Position numbers and translations under genes: made by a program. The notes below the pieces were generated by a model. That model was not told the origin of the DNA. It worked only from the letters and a program-made list of their open reading frames with translations, and made no database searches. Of a stretch of DNA of 64,000 nt, positions 49,874 through 62,931 are shown piece after piece. Each line of letters starts with the position of its first letter. The stretch's first letter is position 1. This DNA comes from Dimorphilus gyrociliatus (Eukaryota; Animalia; Annelida), in the NCBI GenBank assembly GCA_904063045.1, contig CAJFCJ010000032.1, positions 62,001 to 126,000 on the forward strand, read 5' to 3'.

Positions 49874-52800
49874 GTATTTATAGCATACTGCATATATATA
49901 ATTCTTATTAAGATACTCATATTTATAGTTTTTAAGCTAGTACAAATCATGATTTATGGTCTAAAGATAGGTTTACAAAATTGGAACGAGAGAGTAGGAT
50001 TGGGGCAAGAGGGTGTGAAATTTGGTCCTAAGCTGACCACTTCGACATTTATCACCTCAAGAGTATTTATTTGCTTTTTACTTATAATAAATAGCAAACA
50101 CCTGCTACAATATCCAGATATTTTTGGAAGGGAAAAAAATTGGGCAAATGCTGTTTTTTCGATGGAAATTAAAAGAGATCAACACGACTAGACTGATGAA
50201 GAAGATGATGAGGAAAAAGGAAGATAAGGAGAAACGGAAGAGAGCAAAATATAAAAATGTAAGATTATCTAATGAATTATTTGGTAAAAGGCAGCTGTTA
50301 GGCGCCTACTCATCTACTTGGTATGCACGACCACAGACAGTATGAGCAATTTGGTTAATCCAAGGTGACATGGTCATAATTTTTAACGAAATAATACCAT
50401 AGATCGTCTTGGCTCAGGGGTACAATCACTGTCTTTTATTCTTCGTTTGTCTATATATTTAAGCTCAGCGATTGATCTTAAAACAACATTAAAGAAAAAG
50501 AAAGGCTTTTGGTAAGAATTAATAGTTCTATCCCTTAACAAATAACAGTAGAATTATGATTATTGCTTTTATCACCTTTTTTCTTTTCCCCTTATAATAG
50601 TATTTATCTAACAAAAAAAAACATTATATAATAAATTCCTTCCTCTTACTTTATTAATTGAATAAATTAGGCTAAGGATGGGGGAAAAGAAGAGAAGAGC
50701 GAAGTAGGGAGAGAGAAGAGACGAAGGGATGGTAAGGGGGAGAAGGGCGTAAAAATAAGCACTTTTCCTATCATGCGTATTATGAAAGCATTCAATTTTC
50801 TAATGGGAAACTCTATGCAATAGGATGGAAGATTTGAGGCTCAGCAAATGTGATTAGTACACATTAGCATTGCGATATTTTCTAATTTTTTATGTGTGTC
50901 TTTTTTCTTTTCCTTCATTCGACCTTGTCTATATGCGTCGTCAGTAAATTAAAGAAAATAAAAGACTATCCTCTCTTTCACTTTGTTTGGCTCTAAAGAG
51001 TTGAAAAGTCTACTTACCTAGCATATTTAGTACAGACTTTCTAGAATGGGCTAGAGAGTTGTCCTTAGTCTGTGAAGATTCGTTGCGATTCAAAGTCTTA
51101 CTGCTCTTTCTTAGAGTCATTCCAATCTTGATGTACAACAAACTGATTACCGTCATGGGTATGATAAAGAGAAAGAAGGCGGTGAACTGGAAGACTATTC
51201 TACTCTTTGCCCAAAATTTGTTTGGAATATTGCATACTAATGAATCCTTTGCATCATTATTTTTATACTGCACATAATAAAAAGTTCTATTATTTTCGCA
51301 GAAATGAAATCGATCTTCCGTAAAACACTAATAGATCCAAAGATATGAATTATTTTTAAATGATTGCTTAAAAAATTTATGGATAGATATTTTATAAATA
51401 GTATTGTCAATACTTTATATATACTGTGCGATATATATACTGTAAATACATATATATATATATATACACAATATGCTTTATAGACTGCAATTTTACAGTT
51501 TAGTATTTCAGTTGATTTTAAAAATTTACTGTTTTTTACTTTTTACGAAATATGATAGATTGATTGACTGATTATAACTTTGGTTCAAATACTAATTCAT
51601 TGGTTTATTTATTATATAACCCGTCGATCTATATCTAGATCGGTTCCATCTCTGCCTTGTAATCATAGGATATGGTAAAGCTGTCAGCGATGCAGTAAGC
51701 CATATGCAAACTATAATTTTCAAAGAGCGAGACGGTCTGGAGACGGAATGAGCTTTTATCGGGTAACAAATGGCCAGAAAACGTTCTACAGTAAAGGCGG
51801 TTATGGTTAGGATGGATGCAGATGACGTCATTTCCGAAACGAACGTCTTGAGTATACAGAAAGGTTCACCAAATATCCAAGGATAGAAGCTCCAAATTCC
51901 ATAGAGTTCCGGTGGAAGGCCTGCAAAATGTATTTTTCATTTATTTACATAGTTTCGTCCCTATCAGTAAGGATAAAATAAATAGACTAGAACAACTATC
52001 GTAGAAGGATGAGGAATTTTACCCTCATTGAGTCCTCATAGTGCACTAACGAATTACAATTCTGACTCGTACTATACTCATTTTCCTAACCATCAGAATC
52101 AATGATCCATTGACTTTTGACGGAATCAGTTTTTCCTTTCTTATATTGTTACATAATTAGATAAGAGAGAATGGAAGAATCGCGTTGGTCTAAGATAGTA
52201 ATACTTAAGATTGTTTGTATATTTAAAGGAACTACGTTGGTTGTTAGAAAGAACCTGAGAATATATAGAGGAATTGTTTCTTGTATAGAACGAGAACTAC
52301 AGCATATTTTATACATTCTATAATCTTATTTATTTACGTGTGATTTAAGTGCCTTAATAGATAAGACTCTGAAATATGTTGGATTATAACCCCGAGCTAG
52401 TGTTGGAGATAGTAGAAGAGTATAATTATGCAACCTTTCAACCGTATTCTCTAGTAGTTAATCGTTAATTAGTTGTGACGCTACGAGACTGAAATACAAA
52501 TTTTACGCTTTAATTTTACTCGAATAAAGTTACATTACGCCTATAAATATTGAATAATTTATTAGTTACAAATTAAAGCAGGAAATTCTGGTTAAATCGC
52601 TTACTTAGCTAAAATAAACTTATCCTATAAATATAAATCTTTTGCGTTTCTTTCACCTTTATAATATTTCACCTCTATCTTACATGCATCTTTAAGTAAG
52701 TTATTTCTGTATTCTTATTAAATTATCATATGTATTATGTAATAGTATATTAGACTATTGCATAATCAGCATATTTTTTTTACCATCTTTGCTCTTTTCT

Positions 52801-55800
52801 CTAACGTAATAAATTTAAAACTATGGCAATAAAAACAATATAAACATAACAACAAAATACAACTGAAACACCAATCATAACAATAATACTAATAGTAATA
52901 ATAATACACCTGTTACGCTTAAACAATTGTCATTCAAACATAGTGCGTTTATTTGTCCTGAATTTGTATCAAAACGATTGAATATTGTTAGTATTTCATA
53001 TAAGAATTGCTAATAATAATTTACTGCTTTTTGTTTACTTAATTTAAATAATTCATACAAGAATTATTAGACTTTATAATGATTTCTTCCTACAAAAATA
53101 GGCTTGTTTCCGTCTATTCTTCTACTGCTTTCAAATTTTACAGATATCTCTTTCGTCGCCTTGTCTCGTCTTTTCATTTCTTTTCTTTAATGTTTAAATA
53201 TTTAACGCATTCTTTTTCTATTTCTGGCAGAGTGATTTGTCTATTCTCTATACTCTAAAAGAATCTATGCCCCTATTCGAACAATTGATTAAAAGAAGGG
53301 AGAGTTATGATATTTTGCAGTTGACCCAACTCCTAAGGAATCTTTTAGCGCCACAGTGTCGAAAAGTCAGTTGTCGAAAAATCAATTTATGTAGTATTTA
53401 GCCAAGAAAGGATTTTTAGTTGACGTCACGAAAACTACCTCTTCTATTTTGGGTAGAGATATAATGCTCCTATTGTTTCACAGACGCTTCAAAACGTCAG
53501 TCTCGTTATAGATTCGAAAATCACACCGTTGCGGAAATTGACATTTTTATTGTCAAACGGAACAATTTAATGACATTTAACGCCACACGAACCTCTTTCT
53601 CGCATTTTCCCCTCCTGATTATCGTCGTACCAATTAATAAGAATCCTAAATACAGTATACAGCATTTACAATATATACACTGTGTATTTATATCTTTTCA
53701 AATACGAATAAGTTTTCCTTATTGTTTCTAAGCGACTCTTTCTAATATAAAACAATATATCCGAGAGACAGTCTATGGAGCGGAATAAATAAAAACGAGG
53801 TGGAAGAGGGGAAGGATAAGAAGCGGAATAAGTCGAGCGAATGGAAGAAAGAGAGGGGTATACTTATATTAAATATACTTGTACTTTATAGTGCTACAGT
53901 ATTGTAAACTATTAACTTTGTACCCATAACTATTAATCATTTCTTCAATTTAGATTTCTCTTTTTCATTATTCCTACAGTACTGTTGATTGCTAAATTTG
54001 TTTAAGGTTTCCGCTCAAAGAACAACTCTTAAGGTCTTAAAAAAATTATAAGGAGAAAGACACGAAATATCAATATCCCCTTTATAAAAAGCGAAACAAA
54101 TATCCGGAAAGAGTAACAGTAGCTTTGACAAACTATACAGATGGCGGAGATTTGTAGTTTCTCTTATAGCCCCGGAGCGTAACGAGAAAACCAGTGGACA
54201 AATTGCTGTTTCTAATAAACATTGCTTTAGTTTGTTTTGGCGGAGCAAACAGGTGAAATTTTTTTTTCTCTATAACATAAACTATTGAATAGGCCTATAG
54301 TAAGATTCAGTTTGTTTACAATATATTAGCTTTTATTTTTAGTTCTAATCATACATCATCGTCGAGTCCCAATTTATATAAATTTATTATTCGAACGTTC
54401 GTACAAAGGTAACAAGCTTTTTTCTTAAAGTTTGTCACGTATATTCTATACATAATTAATGAATTAGAGATAAATTATAAATCTCGAAGAAGAAAGAGAG
54501 AAAAAATAGAAAACAAATAAGGTAAAATGTTTACTGAAACTATCACCTACAACAGCCGAAATCAATGTTGGACAGAGCAATCAACTTTGTTTGGAAGGAA
54601 ATGAGGAAAATCCATTGCCTCACCACATTTAACAAACCTTGACAAACGAATAGCGTAGTATTTTATTCTTTTATTTTGTTTCTTTCTATTTAACTTTCTT
54701 TCGACTTGTTGAGGTAAAATGCTCGAGTAAAATGGAATAGTTTTCTCTGTTCTTTCTTTTCATACGAGTTTTACATAAGGTATAACGCTGTTTTGGATGG
54801 AATATTCTCAGGTAGAATGCGGAGAAGAGGAAAAGAATGAAAATAAAGAGAGAGAGAGAGAGAAAGAAGGGGAAAGGGAAGAGAGGAGAAATACTATGAT
54901 TTTACTTTGAATTCTATTGAAATTAATACAAAGTATTACTGCCTAACTGAGGAACTAGAATGAAAAAAAGGAAACAATCAATAGCCATTTGATTCATTTC
55001 AAGAATAAAAAAAAATTTCCAGCCAACAAAATTCTTATCAGATAAAATATATATTAGAGATAAGAAAATATAGTTCACTTTATATTAAGTAATTGGTTTC
55101 CAATGTTCTTTTTTCCTCCTCTACTTTAAATTGTTATAGATGAGTTGCTTTTTTCTCTTGTTGTCATATTTTATCAATAATTTACAATGAAAATCTCTCT
55201 AAAATAGAACTGATAAGGATATAGAAATAGATAAAGAAGAGATTTTATTTCTGCCCTCTCCCGCCCCCAACTTACTCACTCACTCACTCGACTCTCTCTC
55301 TCTCTCTCTTGTACGAAGTAATCAAGAGCATAAGGTCTAGTACAGTAGACCTACAAATCCTATATAGACCACTTGCATATATACGTACATACACATACAG
55401 TGCTTCACCTATATTGAAATATTCACTATCGTAGTGTATCCTTTCTAGATTGATGAACAGTTCAAGTGAAACTGTCATGCTTTATCGTTGTCGGTCCATA
55501 CATATCCATATCTATATATATATATAATTTATACTGCATATAGATCTATGAGTATATAATATATATATATATATATATATGTATACATATATACTGTATA
55601 TGGATAATTTCTTTCTGATAATGGCTATTAGGTATTAGTGTTATTATTAGAATTTACCATTATTCTATTTTTTCTACCAATTTCCAAGTTAATTGGGCAA
55701 AAGTCAATAGTTTTGTGGTTCGATAAACGATAATTTTTTCTCTCTTTCATCTGGTGCTTAAAACTTGCTTGTAATTGCTATTAGAATTCTATATTTTTTT

Positions 55801-58090
55801 TATTATATTTTTATTTTCCCTTCTCTTTATTATTATCATTAATATTACTATTATTCTATAGAAATAGCTGTTTTGATAGTCAAACTCTCTAGTCAATCTC
55901 TCAACTATGAAATTTCTATAATAAAAAAAAAACTAGAGAAACGTTTTTTGTATTTTTTTTATGTTTGAAAAAATGTTTATAGCTAATTGCAAAATTGAGT
56001 TGCTTCTATTTTAAAATGTTTTCTACGTTTCGTACTATTAAATTTTTACCCGACGTTTCGATTAGTAGAAAAAGAAGATTTCATTACGTTACGTATTCTT
56101 ATAAATAAAACTTTTAATTGAAGATTTAAAAATTCCGTTTATATTAGAATAAACAACAAAGCGAAGAGAAACTGGATATACTCTTTCATATGAAGATAAA
56201 TAAATTAAATAAAACTCTATTATTTATTTCTTGACTCTTTTATAAAACGCAAACGTTAGCTAAAAGAAAGAAAAAGAAAATGAGAATAGAAAATCACTTA
56301 ATCAAATTAAGTAGTGTTTTTCTTTTTAGATTTATACCTAATGTAAGAAAGTAATACATACATATATACGTTTCGTGGAAAATACGTCTTCTACAACATT
56401 GTCTTTCGTGTTTTGTGAAATAGTAAATTAAAATGAAAGAACAACCATTTAAAAAATCTCTATTTTCTTTCTTTCTTTCTTTCTCTCTCTCTCTCTTTTG
56501 CTTTATTAAAAAAAAATGAAAGACGAACAAGATTGGATGCTAATTTAAATAATTTTTATGTCTTTTTGATTGAAGAGATTTCTTTTCTCATTTAATTTAC
56601 TCTTCTGTAATTATGATCATAAACGTATTCGTCCTTCAATCATCCGACTAGAGACTTACAGCATGTTCTCTCTTACGCTTTGTCGTTCTTGGAAATATGC
56701 TAAGAAGATAATTCTCGTCACAAATTGAGAGAGAGAGGAAAAAACGACATAAATATAGAAAAAAGAAACTATATCATCTTGAACTAAATACCTTAAAATA
56801 GAATCATATATACTGCATAAATAAGTAAGTACCTCATGAAAAACATATGCGGAAATCTTCGAAATCGTTTAACTAATCATATATCCGGATCCTCTTCTTC
56901 GGTTTAAATGGTACAGAGGGGGAAAAAATAGGTAATGTGCGAAAATGTTTACCTTATACCTTACTATAAAAACACAACCTTTATTGACAAAACACTTATT
57001 ATCAATTAAAGTATTATAGGGATAATGTAGAGCGAAAAAAAAAACTACATTTTAGAATAAAATGACCGCAACGGAGTACCACGCTACAAAGACAACAGCA
57101 AAACAAATTACAGTAGAGTGCAATGAGGTTAAGAAACTTTTTCGACATATATTCCTAGAAAGCAACTCTACTCGCTTACGAATGAAAATATTCCGTAGAG
57201 TATAACTTTTTAACCTTCGTTAAAGAGATATATATATATATATACATAAGAGAGAGAGAGAGAGAGATCGAGTGAAAGAGAGGAGACGAACGAGGTATGA
57301 AAAGAACAAAAAATGAAAAAAAAAAACAAATGTAAATAGAAACGTTAAAATTTATAGAAAAGAAAAAGGTTAGGATAAAAACCGTTAGAAAGAGTATAAA
57401 ACTTCAAAGAAAATTTGTATATTATATAAATATATTAATGTACTTGTTATAATATGCATGATTATATAAATATACTACTAAATTTAGACCATATATATTT
57501 ATATAAATATATTATCCTATATAGTAGCTACAAGGTAAAAATATTACATATGCTATATACTGTGTATATATATATGTACTAACATATAGTTTATAAATAT
57601 TATGCATACGTAACATATAGAGTAAATAGTATATACTGCAATGGTACAAAGATGAATAGATGGGTTAATGAATTATTACTTTTTTTTATTTCTGGAGTCT
57701 AAAATCTCAAATATAATTAATTATACGCATACACATATGTACACAGACAATATATATATATAGTACATACACACATCTACATACACCCCCACATATAGCT
57801 CTTGTATTCATTGTTATTGTATAGGACAGTAATTAAAAACTTCTCTACTCACCTAAAATCAAAGTTAACAAATCCGAAATTGCCAACGAGAAGAGGAAAA
57901 AGTTGGTAGCCGTATGCATATATTTATTACACACAATTACTATACAAGTAAACATATTGCCCAAAATCCCACTCAATAATATAGCTGAATAAATAGTCGT
58001 ATAAACAATAGCCTCTGTTAACGGTCTTCTTCTCTTTCCTAATATAGATGTTACACATTCCTCCTCCGTTGCATTTGAACAGTTCGACAT
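47114..58090 (-). CDS. Neuromedin-U / pyrokinin / PRXamide-type neuropeptide GPCR, 441 aa
   Basis: Exons 58090-57853, 51920-51656, 51286-51018 and 47667-47114 total 1326 nt in frame. Motifs are MHTATNFFLFSLAISDLL, SASILTITAFTVERFLAICYP, FFICWAPFHTQRLL and YYVSSTVNPILYNLMSKKYR. Intron 2 is GC-AG. Confidence 0.93.
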
Positions 58091-61000
58091 GGCTCCAAGA
58101 AACTTTCAAAGGGAAATGTGCGCCGGCTGGCCATCTATCGGGCCCTCTAGCGGTCATATCGATTCTACCAAAATAAAAGTAATCGAATCAAAAGAATTTT
58201 TACGTTAGAGAGCAAAAACTTGGTTATAGCATCGGGACTACTAGAGCACGGATTGAATTCTATAGAGGATTTAAGAAAAAATTCTTCCATCACTTTTCAG
58301 ATAGTTTCAACGATAGAATTGGATCAAAATGAAAGGCAAAAAAAGAGAGAGAGAGAGTGTACAAATTGTCAAAGTGCCTTTTTTTTTCTAAATCTTTTTC
58401 TCTCTCTTTCTTTCTCTCTTTCTTTCCTTATTTCTTTCTTGTATACTTTCTTTTATAAATTTATCTCTGTTATTTTCTGAGAGAATAGACAATTTCTCAA
58501 TGAATATATTAATCCTCTACTACAACAATAACACTAATAATAATAGTCAAGACTTAAACAAGACAACCAAAAAAGAACTGCCACTATTCAAGTGGCTTGA
58601 ATTGGCTATACTTGTATCCAATATAAACTATATACAGCGTGCATATATTCACAACACACCTCTGTAGAAAAAATGAATTTAATAAACTAAAAAGGTTCAA
58701 TAGACAATGACCGGATTATGAATAAATCAAATGAATGAGAATTGGCAAATTCTCCCTTCGTTAAAGTAGGTACATCATTTCAATACGACGCAAAATTGAA
58801 AACATCTGTAAATATTTATTGAACTGGAATAACTGTACGAAAGAAGAAGAGGAAACAACTGGCCGAATTAAATCGAATGGAAAGTTTTAACCGTAGAAAA
58901 ATATCATTAATTAATCAATACTCCATGTAAAATTATTTTCATTTGTTTGGTTTTTGATGTATTTTTTCCTGTCCAACATGGAATCGCTTTTCGAAAAAAT
59001 TGCTGATGGATACAATTATCCGAATCACTTGAGAATTCGGACGCGGCGACCTCGGCCATCTTTGGACTGTAGAAATTCTATTTAGCTAGCAGTCGGTCCA
59101 CACTTTTCCAGTCGATATCCCATTGCAAACAAGCAGAAACAGTATTGTCAAACATTTTTATTTTATTTTATAAGAACCTAATCGTTGACGATTTGTAGAA
59201 CCTTAATTATATAAATTATTTCCATTATTATCTCATAGAAATCTCTCCTATTAGTTTTTCTTTTCTCTCTTCTTTTTCTTTTTCCTCTATTTCTCTACTA
59301 TTACTACTACTACTACACAGCTAATTCTTACTATTGCTAGTACTTTTTTTTACTTTTCTTCCTTTCTTCTTTACGTTTTCTTTACCTAGCCAATCTAGTC
59401 TATCCTGAAGTAGTTTTCTTCTACTATTCTTTCTTATTTCCTTCAAATCTCCTCTTTCTTCTCTGTCTGTTTGTTTGTCCCTCTGCCCGTCTCTCTCTCT
59501 CTCTCTCTCTCACTCCTTTTCCTTTCAATTATTCTTTCCTCTCTCGATTTAAGCTACAGTGTCGTCCGCTCTTTAGAATACGTTAACTTTAATACATCAC
59601 TCCCAGCTCTCCCTCTCTCCGTCTTTCTCTCTCTCTCTCTCTCTCTCTCCCTCTCCCTCTCTCTCTCTTTCGCTTTCTCACTCATTCAACTCTCCAGTTC
59701 TATTTTATATTTTGGTTATTCAACTTTATAGTACTTGGCATTTATTAATAACAATCCTCAATTGACAAAACGCATCAACGTAGTATTTTTAATTTTTCTA
59801 TAGTCATCACTAATGGATTGTATGATTGTTTCCCATCAGTTTAAACGAAAAGAAGATATAAAATAGTAAAGTATTTTACTGTTAAATGGTTGAATACGGT
59901 TACAAATTTTTCTAGTTTCCCTTTTCGTAGTTTATAAATAATTCTACAGTTGTTTATTTATTTATATTCTATTTTCTCTTGTATTCTTTCTTTATGTTTT
60001 TTTTTATATATATAAAGTCATTATTTCTCCCTTTAGCACTGAATTCATCCTAATTATTTGTTTATTTAAATACAGTTTTTACCCTTTAATTATTCCAGCT
60101 TTATCAATGCTTTGCAGTATTTCTTAAATACTCTTATTTGGTCTTAATGGGTCGTTTGTGACGGTTTTCCCAATTCTTATATTTTCTCTCTTATCATCTT
60201 TTACTAGAAATAGTAAACGTCTATAGTATGTGTGGGAGGGAGAGAAGGGAAAATTGTGTGCGGTGGGCAGGAATAAGGGTGGTGAGAGGGGGAGGATAGC
60301 TTTGAAGAAAAAGACAAGTTTTTTGCAATAAATAAGTAAAAGAAACAAGCGTTAAAGCGTCTCAAATTTTTAATTTTCTTGTTGGTTGCGAAAGGCGATA
60401 ATTGAATTGGAATATTGTTAGATTTTAATATGGTTTATTATAAATATACTAAAAAATGATAAGGGATAAAGTTAATACTTTTGATAAATACTGTATATAG
60501 ATATATAAATGAGCTAAAACAGTTTTAAATACAATTGTTTTATATAATTAACTTGTTTAATGTCTTTTTCTCATCTTATAAATCCTTAATATGTTCATAT
60601 ATTTTAATTGCCGTTTCTTTCTTTCCCATATTTTGTTTAAAAGACGAAATAAAAGAGGAAAAGGAAGAACAAAAAAGAAATAAGTTATAGATTAAAGCCT
60701 TACCAGCTCAATCTGCCTTTGAAACCTTAAAACAATACCGTTAATTTTCCCTATGACACCTATATATTAGCATATAATATATATCTATCCTTACTTATTT
60801 ATTATTTAAGCACTGTTTACATCGCATAGAAGATTGTGTTAATATTTTAGGTATTTTTTGTATCCTATCAGGGTTATAATTCATATTTTTAACGCATTAT
60901 ATGCTCCATCTATAGCTTTGTCTAAAAGTTAATGACAATCTAAAGGTAAAAGAATTTATAGTATTGCTTATGGGTATCTCTCTCTCTCTTAGGAATAGTT

Positions 61001-62597
61001 CAATTTAGGTCACTTCTCTTTTGGGCTTAAAAAAAAATACCCAAAGATTCTAGGGTTGTCTCGGTTATTAAAAATATAATAACTTGGCGAAATCGACCAA
61101 ACAAAAAAAGCATACAAAACGATTGTAATTTAAATAAAGAGAAAGGTGATGTCTAACTTGGAAAGAAAAATAGAATAATCATGGTGTTGTCATGTACTCA
61201 TTGTACAGTTCTCTTTACTGCTGTTTTGTAACAGAAAAAATTACTTAAAACGCTCGTCACGGAAGATGAACTTTCATTGTGAGCTTATTTTTCCCTTTTT
61301 CCTTCAATTGTACTATTTGCATACTAAGTTTTCAGAGAAGAGGCACAATGCTCCTATCAATATAACACCACGGATGAAATCATAAAAAAAATAGATTAAC
61401 CTCCTTTTTCCCTATTATATTTCTATATATGGAATCTGTTAGTAGTAAACCATATAATTAGGTTGACTAGCTAACTTAACAAATCGAAAAGAGAAAAAGG
61501 TTGAGTTGGGAACTGTTAATCTAATCTATCGATATGAAGCCAACAGACGAGAAAGAGTGATGAAAAAGCGTTTAGAGCACGAATGAGAAGGATGGAAGAG
61601 AGGCAGGTAGAAAGAAGAAAGAAAAAGTATAGTTTCCGTTGGAAAGTCTCGGAAAGACGCGATTGTGACATAAATTTTAGGGGTAAGCTGTCGATACCAC
61701 TTTTTCTAAAAGAAGAAGATGGGATTATGATCTTAATTGCATATCTTGGGAACAAACGAAGGTGGTGTAGAGCTTTTCAAGCTGATAAAATAAAGTTCAA
61801 TTAGTAAAGACCATATGTTATTCTAGTCTATAAACAAAAGTTTTCTTTTAGTAAAAAATATTCTCTTAACAAATATCGGCAGCTGCCTGTAACAAACTTT
61901 TGTATATTGTTCATATAATCGTCATTTGGCGTGATTCTTTTCACACAATAAAAGATGTCTCACTGACAAAAGAAATGTATAGGACGCATACATTGATATA
62001 CAGCTCCCTATTAGCACGGCAGCATTACTCTACGATCCTTTTCATTATCTCTCTCCTTGAAAGACAATAACAAGAATTTGTTTAAAGATTTTGGAATTCT
62101 TCGAAATATCACTGATTTTTATATTTAGTATTTTGTCCCTTTAATGAAATTCTCTAACTTTGGGGCTTTGACGATTCTTCCTGTAATTACAAGATAAAAG
62201 AAGAATTCTAATTATCTAAGGAAAACGAGATGCAATTTACCCGTAACATAGTTGATAGAAGAAGGAAAAAAGGTGCTTTAATAGGCCGCTATGAAATGTT
62301 TTTATTGATAATAGCGTATTAGATCCGGCTTTAACGCGATAATACAACTTCAAGTACAACTATAGTGGAAAAAGTTTTATAATTAACCGTTTGCTCTGCT
62401 TCATCTTTATAATATAATATAGAAAGTATAAGAGAAATATTTCAATTTTATATAAAATAGTTTACGAGTGAATTGTATTACTTAAAGACAAAATTATTGA
62501 CGTAGAAGACAGAAGTATAATATTAACTTGTAATAGCGAAAAGAGAGAACGATTTTCTGGAAGAGAATTTCTCCCTAATTAGTTTTACTAGCTAGTG

Positions 62598-62815
62598 GAA
62601 ATTTGGCGCGTAGGTAGCCGGAAACGGGAAAAACTTTTAAGAAGCGCGAGAGGGTGACTGTTGAAGACGAATTAAAGAAAAGTACGCTCGAATGCTCATA
62701 AAGTGACCACTACTCATCAACGTCCTTTCAATTCTAGAAAATTGTTTCTGAAAGACTCGAGCTTTATCGAATAGCCAAATTCTAATTTACGATTATCGCC
62801 AGATGACGCTAGGTG
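62598..62815. promoter_or_regulatory. Promoter-like GC-richer island (E2F, ETS, CTCF-like motifs)
   Basis: TTTGGCGCG at 62602-62610, CCGGAA at 62618-62623 and GCCAGATGACGCTAG at 62798-62812. No associated CDS was identified in the window. Confidence 0.3.
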
Positions 62816-62890
62816 ATGTTTGCATTGAAATTAGAAAGATATGAAGTCCTGGAAGAGCAAAATAAAAGAAAACTAATAGTATATATAAAC

Positions 62891-62931
<41 letters not shown>

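Noticed and set aside
2975-58090. Eight of ten genes on the minus strand (operon-like run?)
   Set aside because: Intergenic gaps are about 1 kb or more with their own promoter motifs, and the bias is not significant at n=10.
61516-61804. ORFs at 61516-61804
   Set aside because: No recognisable motif or coherent exon chain.
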